The notes under the pieces: generated by a model
What the model was told of the DNA's origin: nothing
Databases searched by the model: none
The model's input: the letters and a program-made list of their open reading frames with translations, nothing else
Shown: positions 1 through 12,432 of the stretch, piece after piece
How positions within the stretch are numbered: position 1 is the stretch's first letter
Layout of the letters: each line of letters opens with the position of its first letter
Translations under genes and position numbers: made by a program
Source of the DNA: Mycolicibacterium smegmatis
GTDB lineage: Bacteria > Actinomycetota > Actinomycetes > Mycobacteriales > Mycobacteriaceae
NCBI RefSeq assembly: GCF_001457595.1
Contig: NZ_LN831039.1
Location: 5,040,001-5,072,000, forward strand
DNA: 32,000 bases
Direction of reading: 5' to 3'

Positions 1-109
1 GCAGCGCGTTGAACAGCTCGGGCACAGAGCCACGCGGGAATTCGACGTCCACCACCGGGCCGGTGATGCGGACTACGCGACCCGCGGTCTTTTCTGCAGT
101 AGCAGTCAT
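1..109 (-). CDS. atpD: ATP synthase F1 beta subunit, N-terminal portion only (runs off window)
   Basis: Reverse-strand ATG at 109 begins [35 protein letters not shown], directly downstream of atpG in the atp operon order. Confidence 0.9.
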
Positions 110-146
110 TCTCTCTTCGCTTCCTGAAAGGGGCTTGCTTCTCAGC

Positions 147-1070
147 CTATTTCGAGCCGGCCAGCGCGTTGGCGCCGCCGACGATCTCGCTGATTTCCTG
201 GGTGATCTGTGCCTGGCGCTCGCGGTTCGCCGCCAGCGTCAGCGCCTTGATGAGGTCGTCGGCGTTGTCGGTGGCCGACTTCATGGCGCGCCGGCGCGAG
301 GCCGACTCGGACGCTGCGGCCTCGAGAAGTGCGGCGTACACGCGGGTCGCGATGTAGCGCGGCAACAACGCGTCGAACAGCGTCTCCGGATCCGGTTCGA
401 ACGAGTAGAGCGTGCGCGGCCCGGTCTCGACCTCGCCGACGTACTCGACCTCCATCGGCGCGGCACGACGGGCGACCGCGGTCTGCGAGAGCATCGACCG
501 GAACTCGGTGAACACGATGTGCAGTTCGTCGACCCCGAGGATGCCGTCGGCGCCCGCGTCGTCACCCTCGTCGTCGGCGCCCGCCATGAAGGCGTTCACC
601 AAGGTGTCGGCGATCTCCCTGGCGTTCTCGTAGGTCGGGCGCTCGGAGAAGCCGGTCCACGACTCGACCACGGTGCGCTGCCGGAAGCTGAAGTAGCCCA
701 ACGCCTTACGGCCGACCACGTACAGCACCGGGTCCTTGCCCTCGTCGCGCAGCAGCGAGAACAGCTCCTCGGCGCGGCGCAGCACGTTGGCGTTGTAGGC
801 ACCGCACAGGCCGCGGTCCGACGACACCACCAGCACGCCGGCCCGCTTGGGCTGCTTGCGCTCCACGAGCAGCGGGTGGTCCAGCGCACTGGCACCCGCA
901 AGTTCGGTGAGCATGTTGGTGATCTCGGCGGCATAGGGACGGGCTGCTTCGACCCGTGCCTGCGCCTTGGCGATCCGCGAGGTCGCGATCAGCTCCTGGG
1001 CCTTGGTGATCTTCTTGATCGACCCGGCGGAGCGGATGCGCCCGCGTAGTTCGCGCAGTGTGGCTGCCAT
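147..1070 (-). CDS. atpG: ATP synthase F1 gamma subunit
   Basis: 307 aa; [33 protein letters not shown] and C-terminal [15 protein letters not shown] are typical gamma subunit termini; operon context. Confidence 0.97.
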
Positions 1071-1077
1071 CTGTTAC

Positions 1078-2724
1078 CTAGGCCTTCTTGGGTGCCGGCT
1101 TGCGGACCTTGACGGATTCCTTCTCCAGGTCCTCGGGATCGAGGGCCTCGGCGTTCTCGGAGACGACCACCGAGCTGCCGTCAGAGGCCTGGAAGCCCTT
1201 CTTGAATTCGTTGATGACCGAGACCAGCTTCTCCTCGGCTTCCTCGGAGAGCTTCTTGGTCTCACGGATGCCGTCGAAGATGTCGGAGTGGCTGGCCTTC
1301 ACGTGCTCCAGCAGCTCGGACTCGAAGCGCTGAACGTCTTCGACCGGAACGGAATCCAGGTGGCCCTGGGTGCCGAGGAAGATCGCGACGACCTGCTCCT
1401 CGACGGCCAGCGGGCTGTACTGCGGCTGCTTGAGCAGCTCGACCAGGCGGGCACCGCGGTCCAGCTGGGCCTTCGACGCGGCGTCGAGGTCCGAGGCGAA
1501 GGCCGCGAAGGCCTCCAGCTCGCGGTACTGCGACAGGTCCAGACGCAGCGAGCCTGCGACCTCTTTCATGGCCTTGATCTGGGCGGCGCCACCGACGCGG
1601 GACACCGACACACCGACGTTGATGGCCGGCCGCACACCCTGGTTGAACAGGTCGGACTCCAGGAAGCACTGGCCGTCGGTGATCGAGATGACGTTGGTCG
1701 GGATGAACGCCGAGATGTCGTTGGCCTTGGTCTCGATGATCGGCAGACCCGTCATCGAACCGCCGCCGAGTTCGTCCGACAGCTTCGCGCAGCGCTCCAG
1801 CAGGCGCGAGTGCAGGTAGAACACGTCACCGGGGAACGCCTCGCGGCCCGGCGGGCGGCGCAGCAGCAGCGAGATCGCGCGGTAGGCGTCGGCCTGCTTG
1901 GACAGGTCGTCGAACACGATCAGGACGTGCTTGCCGTTGTACATCCAGTGCTGGCCGATGGCCGAGCCGGTGTAGGGGGCCAGCCACTTGAAGCCTGCGG
2001 CGTCAGAAGCCGGGGCGGCGACGATGGTCGTGTACTCCATGGCGCCGCCCTCTTCCAGCGCGCGCTTCACGCTGGCGATGGTGGTGCCCTTCTGGCCGAT
2101 GGCGACGTAGACGCAGCGGACCTGCTGCTTGGGGTCGCCGGTCAGCCAGGCCTCACGCTGGTTGAGGATGGTGTCGACGCAGACGGCGGTCTTGCCGGTC
2201 TTGCGGTCGCCGATGATCAGCTGGCGCTGACCGCGGCCGATCGGGGTCATGGCGTCGATGGCCTTGATGCCGGTCTGCAGCGGCTCGGACACGCTCTGGC
2301 GCTGCACCACCGAAGGCGCCTGCAGCTCGAGGGCGCGGCGGGTCTCGGCGGCGATGTCGCCCTGGCCGTCGATCGGCTGGCCCAGCGGGTTGACGACGCG
2401 GCCCAGGAAGGCGTCGCCGACCGGGACCGAGAGCACCTCGCCGGTCCGCTTGACCTGCTGGCCCTCTTCGATCTTCTCGAACTCACCCAGGATGACGGCG
2501 CCGACGCTGTGCTCGTCGAGGTTCAGTGCCACGCCGAGGACCCCGCCGGGGAACTCGAGCAGTTCCTGCGTCATGACCGAGGGCAGACCCTCGACGTGGG
2601 CGATGCCGTCACCGGCGTCGATGACGGTGCCGATCTCTTCACGCTCGGTGTCGGCGGAAAACGAGGATACGTAGTCCTCGATGGCACCTTCGATATCAGC
2701 AGCCGAGATTGTCAACTCTGCCAT
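1078..2724 (-). CDS. atpA: ATP synthase F1 alpha subunit
   Basis: 548 aa; Walker [34 protein letters not shown] signature. Confidence 0.98.
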   Translation of the reverse strand: MAELTISAADIEGAIEDYVSSFSADTEREEIGTVIDAGDGIAHVEGLPSVMTQELLEFPGGVLGVALNLDEHSVGAVILGEFEKIEEGQQVKRTGEVLSVPVGDAFLGRVVNPLGQPIDGQGDIAAETRRALELQAPSVVQRQSVSEPLQTGIKAIDAMTPIGRGQRQLIIGDRKTGKTAVCVDTILNQREAWLTGDPKQQVRCVYVAIGQKGTTIASVKRALEEGGAMEYTTIVAAPASDAAGFKWLAPYTGSAIGQHWMYNGKHVLIVFDDLSKQADAYRAISLLLRRPPGREAFPGDVFYLHSRLLERCAKLSDELGGGSMTGLPIIETKANDISAFIPTNVISITDGQCFLESDLFNQGVRPAINVGVSVSRVGGAAQIKAMKEVAGSLRLDLSQYRELEAFAAFASDLDAASKAQLDRGARLVELLKQPQYSPLAVEEQVVAIFLGTQGHLDSVPVEDVQRFESELLEHVKASHSDIFDGIRETKKLSEEAEEKLVSVINEFKKGFQASDGSSVVVSENAEALDPEDLEKESVKVRKPAPKKA

Positions 2725-2770
2725 GGTTTTTCGTCTTCCTACCTAGTTCTTGGGTGGTTCGTGGATCAAG

Positions 2771-4108
2771 TCAGTCCGGCAAGCCGGTCTGCGCGGCGGC
2801 CAAACGGGAGGCGATGGAACCGTCGATCACTTCGTCACCGACCGTGATCGACAGGCCACCGAGGAGTTCCGGGTCGACGTGGAGTTGCACGGACACCGGA
2901 CGGCCGTAGATGCGGGAGAGCACCTCGGTCAGACGCGTGCGCTGTGCGTCGCTGAGTTCGGCCGCGGCCGACACATGCGCCACAACCTCGCCTCGCCGGG
3001 ACACCGCGAGTTCGGCGAGATCGATGACGGCCTCGTCGGCGCGCTCGCCGCGGAGCAGTCCGACGGTCTGCGACAGCAGGGCCGCTGCCGTCTGGTTCAC
3101 GCCGGGGCGACCGGTGAGCGCCTTGTCCAGCAGCGCGACACGACCTTCCGCGGGGGTGGTGTAGTCGCTCAGCAGTGCCGACAGGCGCGGCTCGGCGTCG
3201 AGGACCCGGCCGAAGCGGAACAGCTGCTCCTCGACCTCGTCGACCTCACCGGCGATCTCGGCGCGCTTGAGCAGGGCCAGGCGTGCGGTGTGCTCGACGG
3301 CGTCGATCAGGTTCGACTCGGTCGACCAGCGGTTCGACACCGCGGTGCGCAGCAGGTCCAGCGTGGTGGCGCTGACCTTGTCCGACAGCAGACGCTCGAG
3401 CAGGCGCACCTTGGGAGCGCTGTCGTCGGTGGGCTCGGCCAGGTGCTTGTTGAGCGCGGTCTCGCTCAGCAGCAGCTTCGCGACCGAGGCCAGTTCGTCG
3501 GCGAGGTTGGTGAGCCCGTCGGCGTCGAGGCCGCCCGCGACCGAGTCGAACTTCTCGACCAGCGCCGCGAGCGATTGGCGGCTCGCGGCACGCAGCCGGC
3601 TCGTCGCGGCGGTGTCGATGACGACGCTCGACGGCGCCATCTGCTCGAGTTCGCTCAGGAAGCGGTCGACGGTGGCCGACTGTGCCTGCGGATCGGCGAC
3701 GTGCGCCCGGACGATCTCGGCGGCCTTGTTCACGGCCTCCGCGCCGAGCCCGGTGCGCAGCTGACGGATGAGCTGCTGGCGCATCAACTGGATCTGCTGT
3801 GCGCCTTGGGCCTTGATCCGCTCCGCCTCGGAGCCGGCCTGTTCGGACAGCTGCGCGGCGATGCGCTCGGAGTCCTGCTTGGCCTCCTCGGTGACCTTCT
3901 CCGACTCGGCCTTGGCGTCGGCAAGCGCCTTGGCGTGCATCGCGTCGGCATCAGCGAGCTTCTTGGCTGCCTCGGCACTCTCGGCGAGCGCCGCACGCAC
4001 GGCCTCCTGCTGGTTACGCATCAGGGTCCGTACGGGTGGCACCACCCACTTGACGATGATGAACGCGATGACGGCAAAGCCGATCAGCTGTCCGATGAAA
4101 ATCGACAT
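2771..4108 (-). CDS. atpFH: Fused F0 b-prime / F1 delta subunit, characteristic of mycobacteria
   Basis: 445 aa; N-terminal membrane helix plus b-type coiled coil followed by a delta domain ([31 protein letters not shown]). Confidence 0.95.
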   Translation of the reverse strand: MSIFIGQLIGFAVIAFIIVKWVVPPVRTLMRNQQEAVRAALAESAEAAKKLADADAMHAKALADAKAESEKVTEEAKQDSERIAAQLSEQAGSEAERIKAQGAQQIQLMRQQLIRQLRTGLGAEAVNKAAEIVRAHVADPQAQSATVDRFLSELEQMAPSSVVIDTAATSRLRAASRQSLAALVEKFDSVAGGLDADGLTNLADELASVAKLLLSETALNKHLAEPTDDSAPKVRLLERLLSDKVSATTLDLLRTAVSNRWSTESNLIDAVEHTARLALLKRAEIAGEVDEVEEQLFRFGRVLDAEPRLSALLSDYTTPAEGRVALLDKALTGRPGVNQTAAALLSQTVGLLRGERADEAVIDLAELAVSRRGEVVAHVSAAAELSDAQRTRLTEVLSRIYGRPVSVQLHVDPELLGGLSITVGDEVIDGSIASRLAAAQTGLPD

Positions 4109-4621
4109 CTACTGTGTCCCACCTGAATTCACGTCGACGCCGAGGATCCTGCTGGCCAGCTTGGCTGACAGCCCGTCCACCGACGACTCGAGGCCACTGC
4201 GCACCTGATCACCCTGGGCGGACAACTGCTGGTCCGCCTGGGTCAGGGTCTGGGCCACCTCACCACTGGCTTGTGCACGCTTCTCGTCGACCACCGAGCG
4301 ACCGGCCGCGCGGGCCTCGTCGCGAAGCGCCGAGGCCTGGGCACGCGCCTCGGCCATTTCCTTCTCGTAGTCCGCCTGTGCCGCAGCGACCTGCTCGGCG
4401 GACTTGCGGTTGTCGGCTGCGGTCTTGGCCAGCATCGCTTCCCGCTCGGCCAGCACCTTGCTGATCGGTGGCACAACCCATTTCGAGATCACGCCGAGCA
4501 CGATCAAGAAAATGATCAGCACGGCGAAGAAGGTGCCGTTGGGGATCAGGAAGTTGCTTCCGCCCCCGCCTTCCTCGGCTGCCTGGCTGGCCGCCAGGAT
4601 CGTTGCGCTGAATTCACCCAT
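4109..4621 (-). CDS. atpF: ATP synthase F0 subunit b
   Basis: 170 aa; N-terminal TM helix and long charged helix; operon position. Confidence 0.95.
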   Translation of the reverse strand: MGEFSATILAASQAAEEGGGGSNFLIPNGTFFAVLIIFLIVLGVISKWVVPPISKVLAEREAMLAKTAADNRKSAEQVAAAQADYEKEMAEARAQASALRDEARAAGRSVVDEKRAQASGEVAQTLTQADQQLSAQGDQVRSGLESSVDGLSAKLASRILGVDVNSGGTQ

Positions 4622-4630
4622 GCCGGCGGA

Positions 4631-4936
<306 letters not shown>

Positions 4937-4992
4937 TCAGAGTTCGTGTCGATCGGGTCGTAGGGATTTGTTCGGTCCAGCAGGGTTGCTCG

Positions 4993-5769
4993 TCAGTGGT
5001 CCTCGTGGTCCAGTTCCATCGACTGGCTGAAGTACAGGATCGTCAGCAGCGAGAAGATGAAGGCCTGGATGAGGCCGACGAACAGGTCGAAGGTCTTCCA
5101 CACGGCGTTGGGGAACCACTGGATGTACCAGGGGAACATGGCGATCAGCGCGACCAGGATGCCGCCGGCGAAGATGTTGCCGAAAAGACGGAGGGCCAGC
5201 GAGATCGGCTTGGCGAGTTCTTCGACGATGTTGATCGGCGCGAGGAACGCGACGTGGCCCTTGACAACCTTGATCGGGTGGCCGACGATGCCGCGACGCC
5301 AGATGCCTGCCGCGTGGTAGCAGACGAACACGAACAGCGCGAGCGCCAGCACGAAGTTGATGTCGGAGGCGGGTGCCTTGTACAACTCGGCCGCGGCGCC
5401 GTCGGCTCCGCCGTACTGCAGCGGGAGCACCGCGAGCCAGTTGGAGATCAGGATGAACACGAAGATCGTCACCGACAGCGGCAGCACGAACGGGGCGATC
5501 TTCATGCCGATCGAGCCCTCGATCTGCTGACGCATCTGGATCGTCAGCGCCTCCCAGAACAGCTGCACACCGCTGGGCACCCCGGTGGAGGTGACCTTGG
5601 CCCGCAGGTAGAAGGCCAGCGCGATCACGATCACGGCGGTGACGGCAGTGGCGAGAATGGTGTCGCCATTGAACGTCATGCCGAACAGCTCGAACACGAG
5701 CGTGTGATGGCCGACGTGGATGGCTGCGCCACCCTCTTCAGCGGCCAGCACGGTCGTTGTCTGAGTCAT
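4993..5769 (-). CDS. atpB: ATP synthase F0 subunit a
   Basis: 258 aa polytopic protein, [16 protein letters not shown] motif. Confidence 0.96.
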   Translation of the reverse strand: MTQTTTVLAAEEGGAAIHVGHHTLVFELFGMTFNGDTILATAVTAVIVIALAFYLRAKVTSTGVPSGVQLFWEALTIQMRQQIEGSIGMKIAPFVLPLSVTIFVFILISNWLAVLPLQYGGADGAAAELYKAPASDINFVLALALFVFVCYHAAGIWRRGIVGHPIKVVKGHVAFLAPINIVEELAKPISLALRLFGNIFAGGILVALIAMFPWYIQWFPNAVWKTFDLFVGLIQAFIFSLLTILYFSQSMELDHEDH

Positions 5770-5779
5770 GGAGGTCAGC

Positions 5780-6226
5780 TCAACCCTTCGATTCCGTATC
5801 CAAGACGTCCAGGCCGGTCGAGCGGATCTTCCGCAGGACGGGGATGCTGGTGCTCATCACCAGCAGTGCCTGGAACACCGCCAGCCCGAACAGCACCGCG
5901 ATGCCGCCCGAACTCTTGAAGACAAACGCGATCGCGAGTGCGATCGCGGTGATGACGAGAAGACGGGTGGCCGAGTTGACGGCCATCTTCTTCTTGAGCG
6001 GGTGCTCCTCGGCCGTGATCGATTCGACGGCGCGACGCACGAGGAGGGCGTTGATCAAGCCCAGTCCCAGTCCGATGCCGAAGAACATGCCGAAGAGGAC
6101 GTGCCCGGTGAATCCGGCAGCAAGCAACGCAATGGCGGTGAGTGCGACGCAAACGACCAGCAAGCGCAGTGGCCGGAACGCCACCGACGGGAACACCAAC
6201 GGCGCATCGTGCGCTGGTGTCGTCAC
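5780..6226 (-). CDS. AtpI-like membrane protein at the head of the atp operon
   Basis: 148 aa, about 4 predicted TM segments, immediately upstream of atpB. Confidence 0.75.
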   Translation of the reverse strand: MTTPAHDAPLVFPSVAFRPLRLLVVCVALTAIALLAAGFTGHVLFGMFFGIGLGLGLINALLVRRAVESITAEEHPLKKKMAVNSATRLLVITAIALAIAFVFKSSGGIAVLFGLAVFQALLVMSTSIPVLRKIRSTGLDVLDTESKG

Positions 6227-6511
6227 TGATTCACCTCAATCCCGCTGTTACGGACGCAGAACCCTTGCTGGGGCATGGCTGCCTGGTAAAACCCTGTGCG
6301 TGCCCGACGAGCGTATCGGAGGGCGTTGGGCGCGCTGGAATCACCCAAGGGGTTAGCTCCCTTTGTCGGTCGTTTTTCGGCGCCGATCGGCTCTACGAAA
6401 TCCGATGGGCCGGGCCGGCAACCCGCGAGGTTTTTCGGGTTCTGCGAGCACGGTACCACATGGTAGGGACCCTAAAACCGCCCCTACTACTTTCCGTCGT
6501 ACTGAATCCGT

Positions 6512-7684
6512 TCACGGCTCCTGCGCACCGTCTGGACCGCGGCGCAACAGCGGGATCAGCGTGACCACGATCGCCACGACGATGGCCACTCCCATGACCA
6601 TCGCGGTCTGGCCCGGATCGAAGAAGATCGTGCTTGCCGCGCCGAACGCGATGATCCCGACCCACAGGTAGATCAGCAACACCGCGCGACGGTGGGAATG
6701 ACCGATCTGCAGCAACCTGTGGTGCAGGTGCATCTTGTCGGGACTCAGCGGGCTGCGGCCCGCGCGGGTGCGCCGCACGATCGCGAGCAGGGTGTCCAGC
6801 GCGGGCACCAGCATGACGGCGACCACCAGCAGGAACGGTGACAACAGTGCGAACACGTCGCGCGCGCCGTAGGCGTTCTGCGATATGGGGCCCGCGGCGG
6901 TGGTCGAGGCCGCGCCGAGCATCAGCCCGATCAGCATCGAACCCGAGTCGCCCATGAAGATCTTGGCGCGGTGGAAGTTGTGCGGCAGGAACCCCAGACA
7001 TGCGCCCGCGAGCACCACGGAGATCACCGCGGGCGGGTAGAACAGCACGTCGCCACCGTGGTCGCGCAGCAGACCCACCGAGAACACGCAGATGGCCAGT
7101 GCCGTGATGAGCCCGAGGCCGGCCGCGAGCCCGTCGAGGCCGTCGACGAAGTTCATCGCGTTGATGATCGACACGGTCAGCGCGAGCGTCAGCAGGATCG
7201 AGGAGACCTGGTCGAGCACGATCGTGCCCACTCCCCCGATCGGGATGTAGAGCACGCTCCACGCCACGCCCATGGTGACCAGCACGCTCGCGGCGGTGAT
7301 CTGGCCTGCGAACTTGGTCAGCGCGTCCAGGCCCCACCGGTCGTCGATCAGGCCGATCGCCATGATGAGCCCGCCCGCCACCACGACCGCGGGCATACCG
7401 GTCGAGTACACGAATCCGCGTGTCAGCGCGGGCAGTTGGGATGCCAGCAGCACCGCCGATGCGACGCCGATGTACATCGCGAGCCCGCCCATGCGGGGTG
7501 TGGGCTGCACGTGCACGTCGCGTTCGCGCGGGTAGGCCACGGCGCCGAAGCGGATCGCGAGCACCCGCACCCACCCCGTCGCGAAGTAGGTGATGATCGC
7601 GGCGGTGAGGCCCACAAGCGCCAGCTCACGCAGCGGAACGCCTGCGCCAGTGTCCGACAGCGCGAGGACCACCTGACTGTCCAT
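6512..7684 (-). CDS. wecA: Undecaprenyl-phosphate GlcNAc-1-phosphate transferase (WecA/Rfe, MraY family)
   Basis: DDRWGLDALTKFAGQ, NAMNFVDGLDGLAAG, FLPHNFHRAKIFMGDSGSMLIG motifs. ATG at 7684 (MDSQVV) preferred over the ORF-track start at 7732. Confidence 0.93.
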   Translation of the reverse strand: MDSQVVLALSDTGAGVPLRELALVGLTAAIITYFATGWVRVLAIRFGAVAYPRERDVHVQPTPRMGGLAMYIGVASAVLLASQLPALTRGFVYSTGMPAVVVAGGLIMAIGLIDDRWGLDALTKFAGQITAASVLVTMGVAWSVLYIPIGGVGTIVLDQVSSILLTLALTVSIINAMNFVDGLDGLAAGLGLITALAICVFSVGLLRDHGGDVLFYPPAVISVVLAGACLGFLPHNFHRAKIFMGDSGSMLIGLMLGAASTTAAGPISQNAYGARDVFALLSPFLLVVAVMLVPALDTLLAIVRRTRAGRSPLSPDKMHLHHRLLQIGHSHRRAVLLIYLWVGIIAFGAASTIFFDPGQTAMVMGVAIVVAIVVTLIPLLRRGPDGAQEP

Positions 7685-7739
7685 GCCGGTCTCGCGGGTG
7701 GCCGTGATCACCGGAGCACCGTACTGCAGCAAGTTGAGA

Positions 7740-8405
7740 TCACTCCGTGAGCGACGTGGTGAGTGTCGCGACTTCCACGTCCAGCACGCGTGCGACGTCC
7801 TCGGCGCTGATCGGTCCCGTTCGCAGGATGCGCGGATCGGATCCGGTCAGGTCGACGATCGTGGACGCGGCCTGCTGTTCGGCGGGCCCGCCGTCGAGGT
7901 ACACCTCGACCAGATCGCCGAGTTGTTCGCGCGCCTCGGCGGCCGTGCCCGCCGCGGGGCGGCCCGAGATGTTCGCGCTGGACACCGCCATGGGGCCCAC
8001 CTCGCGCAACAGTTCGATGGCGACGGGGTGCAGCGGCATCCGCAGCATCACGCTGCCCCGGGTGTCCCCCAGGTCCCACTGCAGTGACGGCGCCTGGTGG
8101 ACGACAAGGCTCAGCGCGCCCGGCCAGAACGCCCTGATCAGCTCGCGGGCGGCGCGGGGAACCGAGTACACCAGGCCGTCGATCGTGGTCCACGAGCCGA
8201 CCAGCACGCCGACGGGCATGTCGCGGCCGCGGCCCTTGGCCGCCAGCAGTGCCCCGACCGCGCCGGAGTCGAATGCGTCGGCGCCGATGCCGTAGACGGT
8301 GTCGGTGGGCATCACCACCAGCCGGCCGCCCTTGACCGCGCTGACCGCCGAGGCGATACCGATGGCGCGTTGTTCGGCGTCGGCACAGTCGAACAGCTGG
8401 GTCAC
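7740..8405 (-). CDS. L-threonylcarbamoyladenylate synthase (SUA5/YciO/YrdC family)
   Basis: MPTDTVYGIGADAF, KGRGRDMPVGVLV, SANISGRPA motifs; GTG start at 8405 (VTQLFDCADAEQRA) preferred over 8474. Confidence 0.93.
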   Translation of the reverse strand: MTQLFDCADAEQRAIGIASAVSAVKGGRLVVMPTDTVYGIGADAFDSGAVGALLAAKGRGRDMPVGVLVGSWTTIDGLVYSVPRAARELIRAFWPGALSLVVHQAPSLQWDLGDTRGSVMLRMPLHPVAIELLREVGPMAVSSANISGRPAAGTAAEAREQLGDLVEVYLDGGPAEQQAASTIVDLTGSDPRILRTGPISAEDVARVLDVEVATLTTSLTE

Positions 8406-8442
8406 ATCGACTCCTCGCGCGAGCGCTCGTCGGTCATACCCA

Positions 8443-9288
8443 TCAGCTTCGCGCAATCCGGGTCGCGGTGACAAAGCGGGGGCGACCTGTCAGGTCGTGG
8501 CGGGCGGTGACGTCGGTGAAATTGCCGTCGTGCGTGAACGCCTGGACCGTGCGGGCCGACGTGGTGTCGTCGTGTTCGACGGCGCATTTGCCGCCGTCGC
8601 GCAGCCAGCGGGCAGCCAGCGCCACGATGGGCCGGATGACGGCCATGCCGTCGGGCCCGCCGAACAGCGCGTGTGCCGGGTCGTGCTCGGCGACCTCGGG
8701 GTCCAGTTCGGCGCCTTCGGGGATGTAGGGCGGGTTGGACACCACGAGATCCACACCGCCGTCGAGGTCGGGCAGCAGGTCGGGGGCCGTGACGTCGGCG
8801 GCCAGCACCTCGACCGAGGTGCCCGCGGTGTTGCAGCGCGCGTATTCGAGCGCGGCGGGCGAATCCTCGACGGCGATGACGCGGGCCTGCGGGCGGTGCT
8901 GGGCCAGCGCCAGCGCGAGCGCCCCGGTTCCGGTGCACAGATCGACGATCACCGCGTCGCGGGGAAGTTGTTGTGCCACGGCCCATTCCAGTAGCGACTC
9001 AGTCTCCGGGCGCGGGATGAAGACGCCGGGACCCACCTCGAGCGTCAGCGGCCCGAACGCCGCGGTGCCGACGAGGTGCTGCAGCGGGATCCGTTTGGCG
9101 CGCGCGGCGACCAGGTGCTCGAACGCCGCGAGCGCCTCGGGATCTGGGTCGTCGACGAACATCAGCCTGCCGCGATCGACGCCCAGGGAGTGGGCGGCCA
9201 GCAGTTCGGCGTCGATGCGCGGGGTCGCCACGCCCGCGGCGGCGAGCGTGGCCGTCGCGGCCTCGATCGCGGTGCGCAGGCGCGTCAT
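8443..9288 (-). CDS. prmC: Release factor glutamine methyltransferase
   Basis: FIPRPETE, DLCTGTGALALALA and NPPY motif; adjacent to prfA. Confidence 0.95.
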   Translation of the reverse strand: MTRLRTAIEAATATLAAAGVATPRIDAELLAAHSLGVDRGRLMFVDDPDPEALAAFEHLVAARAKRIPLQHLVGTAAFGPLTLEVGPGVFIPRPETESLLEWAVAQQLPRDAVIVDLCTGTGALALALAQHRPQARVIAVEDSPAALEYARCNTAGTSVEVLAADVTAPDLLPDLDGGVDLVVSNPPYIPEGAELDPEVAEHDPAHALFGGPDGMAVIRPIVALAARWLRDGGKCAVEHDDTTSARTVQAFTHDGNFTDVTARHDLTGRPRFVTATRIARS

Positions 9289-9298
9289 GGAAGCCGGA

Positions 9299-10378
9299 TC
9301 AGGCCTGCTGCAGGCGCGACTGTTTGTCGGCCGCGGCCAGCGCGTCGAGCAGCGCGTCCATATCGCCGTCGAGCACCTGGTCGAGGTTGTGCGCCTTGAA
9401 GTTGATGCGGTGATCGGCGATGCGGTTCTCGGGGAAGTTGTAGGTGCGGATCCGCTCGCTGCGGTCGACCGTGCGGATCTGGCTGGCGCGGTCGGCCGAC
9501 GCGTCGGCCTCGGCCTGCTCCTCGGCCAGGGCCTGCAACCGCGCGGCGAGCACCTGCATGGCGCGGGCCTTGTTCTGCAGCTGCGACCGCTCGTTCTGGC
9601 ACGTCACGACGATGTCCGTGGGCAGGTGGGTGATGCGCACCGCGGAGTCGGTGGTGTTGACGCCCTGACCGCCCTTGCCCGAGGAGCGGTAGACGTCGAT
9701 GCGCAGATCGGATTCGTCGATCTGGACTTCCTCGACCTCTTCGGGTTCGGGATAGACCAGGACACCCGCGGCCGAGGTGTGCACGCGGCCCTGCGATTCG
9801 GTGACGGGGACGCGCTGCACGCGGTGCACGCCGCCCTCGAACTTCAGCCGCGCCCACACACCGTCGGCGGAGTCGCCCTTGCTGCGGATCGACAGCGTCG
9901 CGTCCTTGTAGCCGCCCAGGTCGGACGTGGTCTCGTCGAGCATGGTCACGGTCCACCCGTGCCGCTCGGCGTAGCGGATGTACATGCGCGCCAGGTCGGC
10001 GGCGAACAGGGCCGATTCCTCGCCACCCTCGCCGGACTTCACCTCCAGCACGATGTCGTCGGCGTCGTGCGGATCACGCGGTGCCAGCAGGTCGGTCAGC
10101 TGGTTGTCCAGTTCGGCGACCTTCGCGGTGAGTTCTTCGACCTCGTCGGCGAAGCTGGCGTCGTCGGCCGCGAGCTCGCGGGCCGCCTCCAGATCGCCGC
10201 GGGCGGCCTCGAGCTTGCGGTAGCAGGCGACGATCGGCGACACCTGCGCGAACCGGCGGCCCACCTTGCGGGCAGCCCCGGCGTCGGCGTGCAGGGCCGG
10301 ATCAGCCAGCTGGCGCTCGAGGTCGGCGTGTTCGGCCAACAGCGCCTCAATTGCCGGTGCGGTATCCGTGCCGCTCAC
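9299..10378 (-). CDS. prfA: Peptide chain release factor 1
   Basis: 359 aa; [23 protein letters not shown] and [19 protein letters not shown]. Confidence 0.98.
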   Translation of the reverse strand: MSGTDTAPAIEALLAEHADLERQLADPALHADAGAARKVGRRFAQVSPIVACYRKLEAARGDLEAARELAADDASFADEVEELTAKVAELDNQLTDLLAPRDPHDADDIVLEVKSGEGGEESALFAADLARMYIRYAERHGWTVTMLDETTSDLGGYKDATLSIRSKGDSADGVWARLKFEGGVHRVQRVPVTESQGRVHTSAAGVLVYPEPEEVEEVQIDESDLRIDVYRSSGKGGQGVNTTDSAVRITHLPTDIVVTCQNERSQLQNKARAMQVLAARLQALAEEQAEADASADRASQIRTVDRSERIRTYNFPENRIADHRINFKAHNLDQVLDGDMDALLDALAAADKQSRLQQA

Positions 10379-10473
10379 CGCCTACTCCTCTACTGATGAA
10401 TGAAATACCTGCTGAAACAGCAACAGCGCCCAAATCTGACGCATATGCGACAGATCGGGCGCCGTTGAGGTAG

Positions 10474-10701
10474 CTACTTGTCCGCAGCAGCCTTGTTGCG
10501 CTTGCCGTAGCGCTTCTCGAAGCGCGCCACGCGGCCGCCGCTGTCGAGGATCTTCTGCTTGCCGGTGTAGAACGGGTGGCACTGCGAGCAGACCTCGACG
10601 ACGATGGTGCCGCTCTGCTTGGTGCTACGGGTGGTGAAGCTGTGGCCACAACCGCACTGCACGGTCGTGTCGACGTACTCAGGATGAATGCCTGTTTTCA
10701 T
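10474..10701 (-). CDS. rpmE: 50S ribosomal protein L31, Cys-containing zinc-binding form
   Basis: 75 aa; [27 protein letters not shown] and [14 protein letters not shown]. Confidence 0.97.
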
Positions 10702-10814
10702 GGTTCCTCTTCAATCGTGGACCCGGGTCGCCCAAATGCTGTACCGGACGTGAACCGGGACCGAGGGTCAGCGGTCCATTATGCCAGGGCAACCGCCAAT
10801 CCCCTAAACGCGGG

Positions 10815-12413
10815 CTATGCAGGGGATATTCCTGGCGCCGCGCCGGGGGCCGAGGCGGCGGAGAGGTCGGTGAACCGGGTGCCGTCGCGGTGCCACAGTA
10901 CGCGTCCGGCCGGGTCGGTACCCATGGCGACGAGCTCGCGTTTGAGGATCTTGTTGGTGGCGGTGGTGGGCAGGTCCTCGGCGATCCAGACATACCGCGG
11001 CCACGCCTTGGGCGACAGGTCGCGCTGGGCGGCCAGGAACTCCTCGAACTCCCCCGGCGTGAGCGTCGCGCCGTCCTGCAGCACGATCGCGGCCATGACC
11101 TGGTCGCCGACGTACTCGTCGGGCACCGGGTACACCGCGACGCGGTTGACGGCGTCCAGGCGCAGCAGGATCCGCTCGATGGGCGCGGCCGTGAGGTTCT
11201 CGCCGTCGACGCGCATCCAGTCGGCGGTGCGGCCGGCCAGGTAGATCCAGCCGTCGGCGTCGCGGTACGCGAGGTCGCCCGACCAGTACATGCCGTGGCG
11301 CATGCGCTGGTCGGTGGCGCCCTGATCGTTGTAGTAGCCGCGGAACAGGCCGCCGCCCGCGGTGTTGACCAGCTCCCCGATCGCCGCGTCGGGGTTGGCC
11401 AGGGCCCCGGTGGCGTCGAATTCGGCGACCGCGCATTCGGTCACGGTCTGCGGGTCGTAGATCGCGACGCCGGGGAACCCCTTGCCGATCGATCCGGGCG
11501 GGCAGTCGTCGGGCCGCGTGATGATCACCGCGGTCTCGGTCGAGCCGAACCCGTCCCACACCGTGCAGCCGAACCGCCTGCTGAAGGCCGCGATGTCGCG
11601 GTCGGCGGCCTCGTTGCCGAATGCGATGCGCAGCGGGTTGTCGTGGTCGTCGGGCTTTTCGGGCGTCGCCAGGATGTAGGCCAGCGGCTTGCCGACGTAG
11701 TTCATGTACGTCGCGCCGTACCGCCGGATGTCGGGCAGGAAGCCCGACGCCGAGAACGTCGCGGGCGCCATGGCCGCACCCGCGCCCACGGCCACGCTCC
11801 ATCCCGCGTACACGGCGTTGGAGTGGAACAGCGGCATCGCCAGATAGCACACGTCTTCGCAGGTCAGACCGTATCTCTCGACGAGTGCGCTGCCCGCGAA
11901 CAGCACCATGGCGTGCGGCACCTCGACGGCCTTGGGGTCGCCGCTGGTGCCGGAGGTGAAGATCATCATGAACGTGTCGTCGGGGCCTGCCTCGCGGTAC
12001 GGGGTCAGTTCCCCCGCTTCGGGGCAGATGTCGGAGGCGTCCAGCACGGTGACGCCGGGCAGTTCGAGTCCGTCGATCAGGCCGCGGTGTTCGGCGTCGG
12101 TGATCAGCAACTGGCAGTCGACGCGGGCGATGTCACGTGCCAGGCCCTCGCCGCGGCGGGTGGTGTTGATGCCGCACAGCACGTAGCCGCCGAGTGCGGC
12201 CGCGGCCAGCGCGGTGAGCATCTGCGGGGTGTTGCCCAGCAGCACCCCCACGTGCAGCGGACGGCCGTGATCGGCACGGGAGATCAGGAAGCGGGCCTGC
12301 GCCGCGGCTTCGGCGATGTGCTCGCGCCACGTCCACGTGCGATCGCCGTACTTCACCGCGACGGTGTCCTGCTCGGCGCGTGAGCGGAGCAATTGCTGCA
12401 GCGTATCGGCCAT
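10815..12413 (-). CDS. AMP-dependent acyl-CoA synthetase/ligase (FadD-like)
   Basis: 532 aa; FTSGTSGDPKAVEVPHAM, GYYND, YWSGDLAYRDADGWIYLAGRTADWMRVDGENL, PTTATNKILKREL. Confidence 0.92.
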   Translation of the reverse strand: MADTLQQLLRSRAEQDTVAVKYGDRTWTWREHIAEAAAQARFLISRADHGRPLHVGVLLGNTPQMLTALAAAALGGYVLCGINTTRRGEGLARDIARVDCQLLITDAEHRGLIDGLELPGVTVLDASDICPEAGELTPYREAGPDDTFMMIFTSGTSGDPKAVEVPHAMVLFAGSALVERYGLTCEDVCYLAMPLFHSNAVYAGWSVAVGAGAAMAPATFSASGFLPDIRRYGATYMNYVGKPLAYILATPEKPDDHDNPLRIAFGNEAADRDIAAFSRRFGCTVWDGFGSTETAVIITRPDDCPPGSIGKGFPGVAIYDPQTVTECAVAEFDATGALANPDAAIGELVNTAGGGLFRGYYNDQGATDQRMRHGMYWSGDLAYRDADGWIYLAGRTADWMRVDGENLTAAPIERILLRLDAVNRVAVYPVPDEYVGDQVMAAIVLQDGATLTPGEFEEFLAAQRDLSPKAWPRYVWIAEDLPTTATNKILKRELVAMGTDPAGRVLWHRDGTRFTDLSAASAPGAAPGISPA

Positions 12414-12432
12414 CCGGTGTAACCCCAGGAGC

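Noticed and set aside
967-2847. 626-aa plus-strand ORF antisense to atpA
   Set aside because: High-GC shadow ORF; the opposite strand encodes full-length AtpA. The same applies to plus-strand ORFs 9-1049, 2750-4126, 4906-5919 and 5757-6356.
8735-12383. Long plus-strand ORFs 8735-10396 and 10890-12383
   Set aside because: Antisense to prmC/prfA and the CoA ligase, which have unambiguous motifs.
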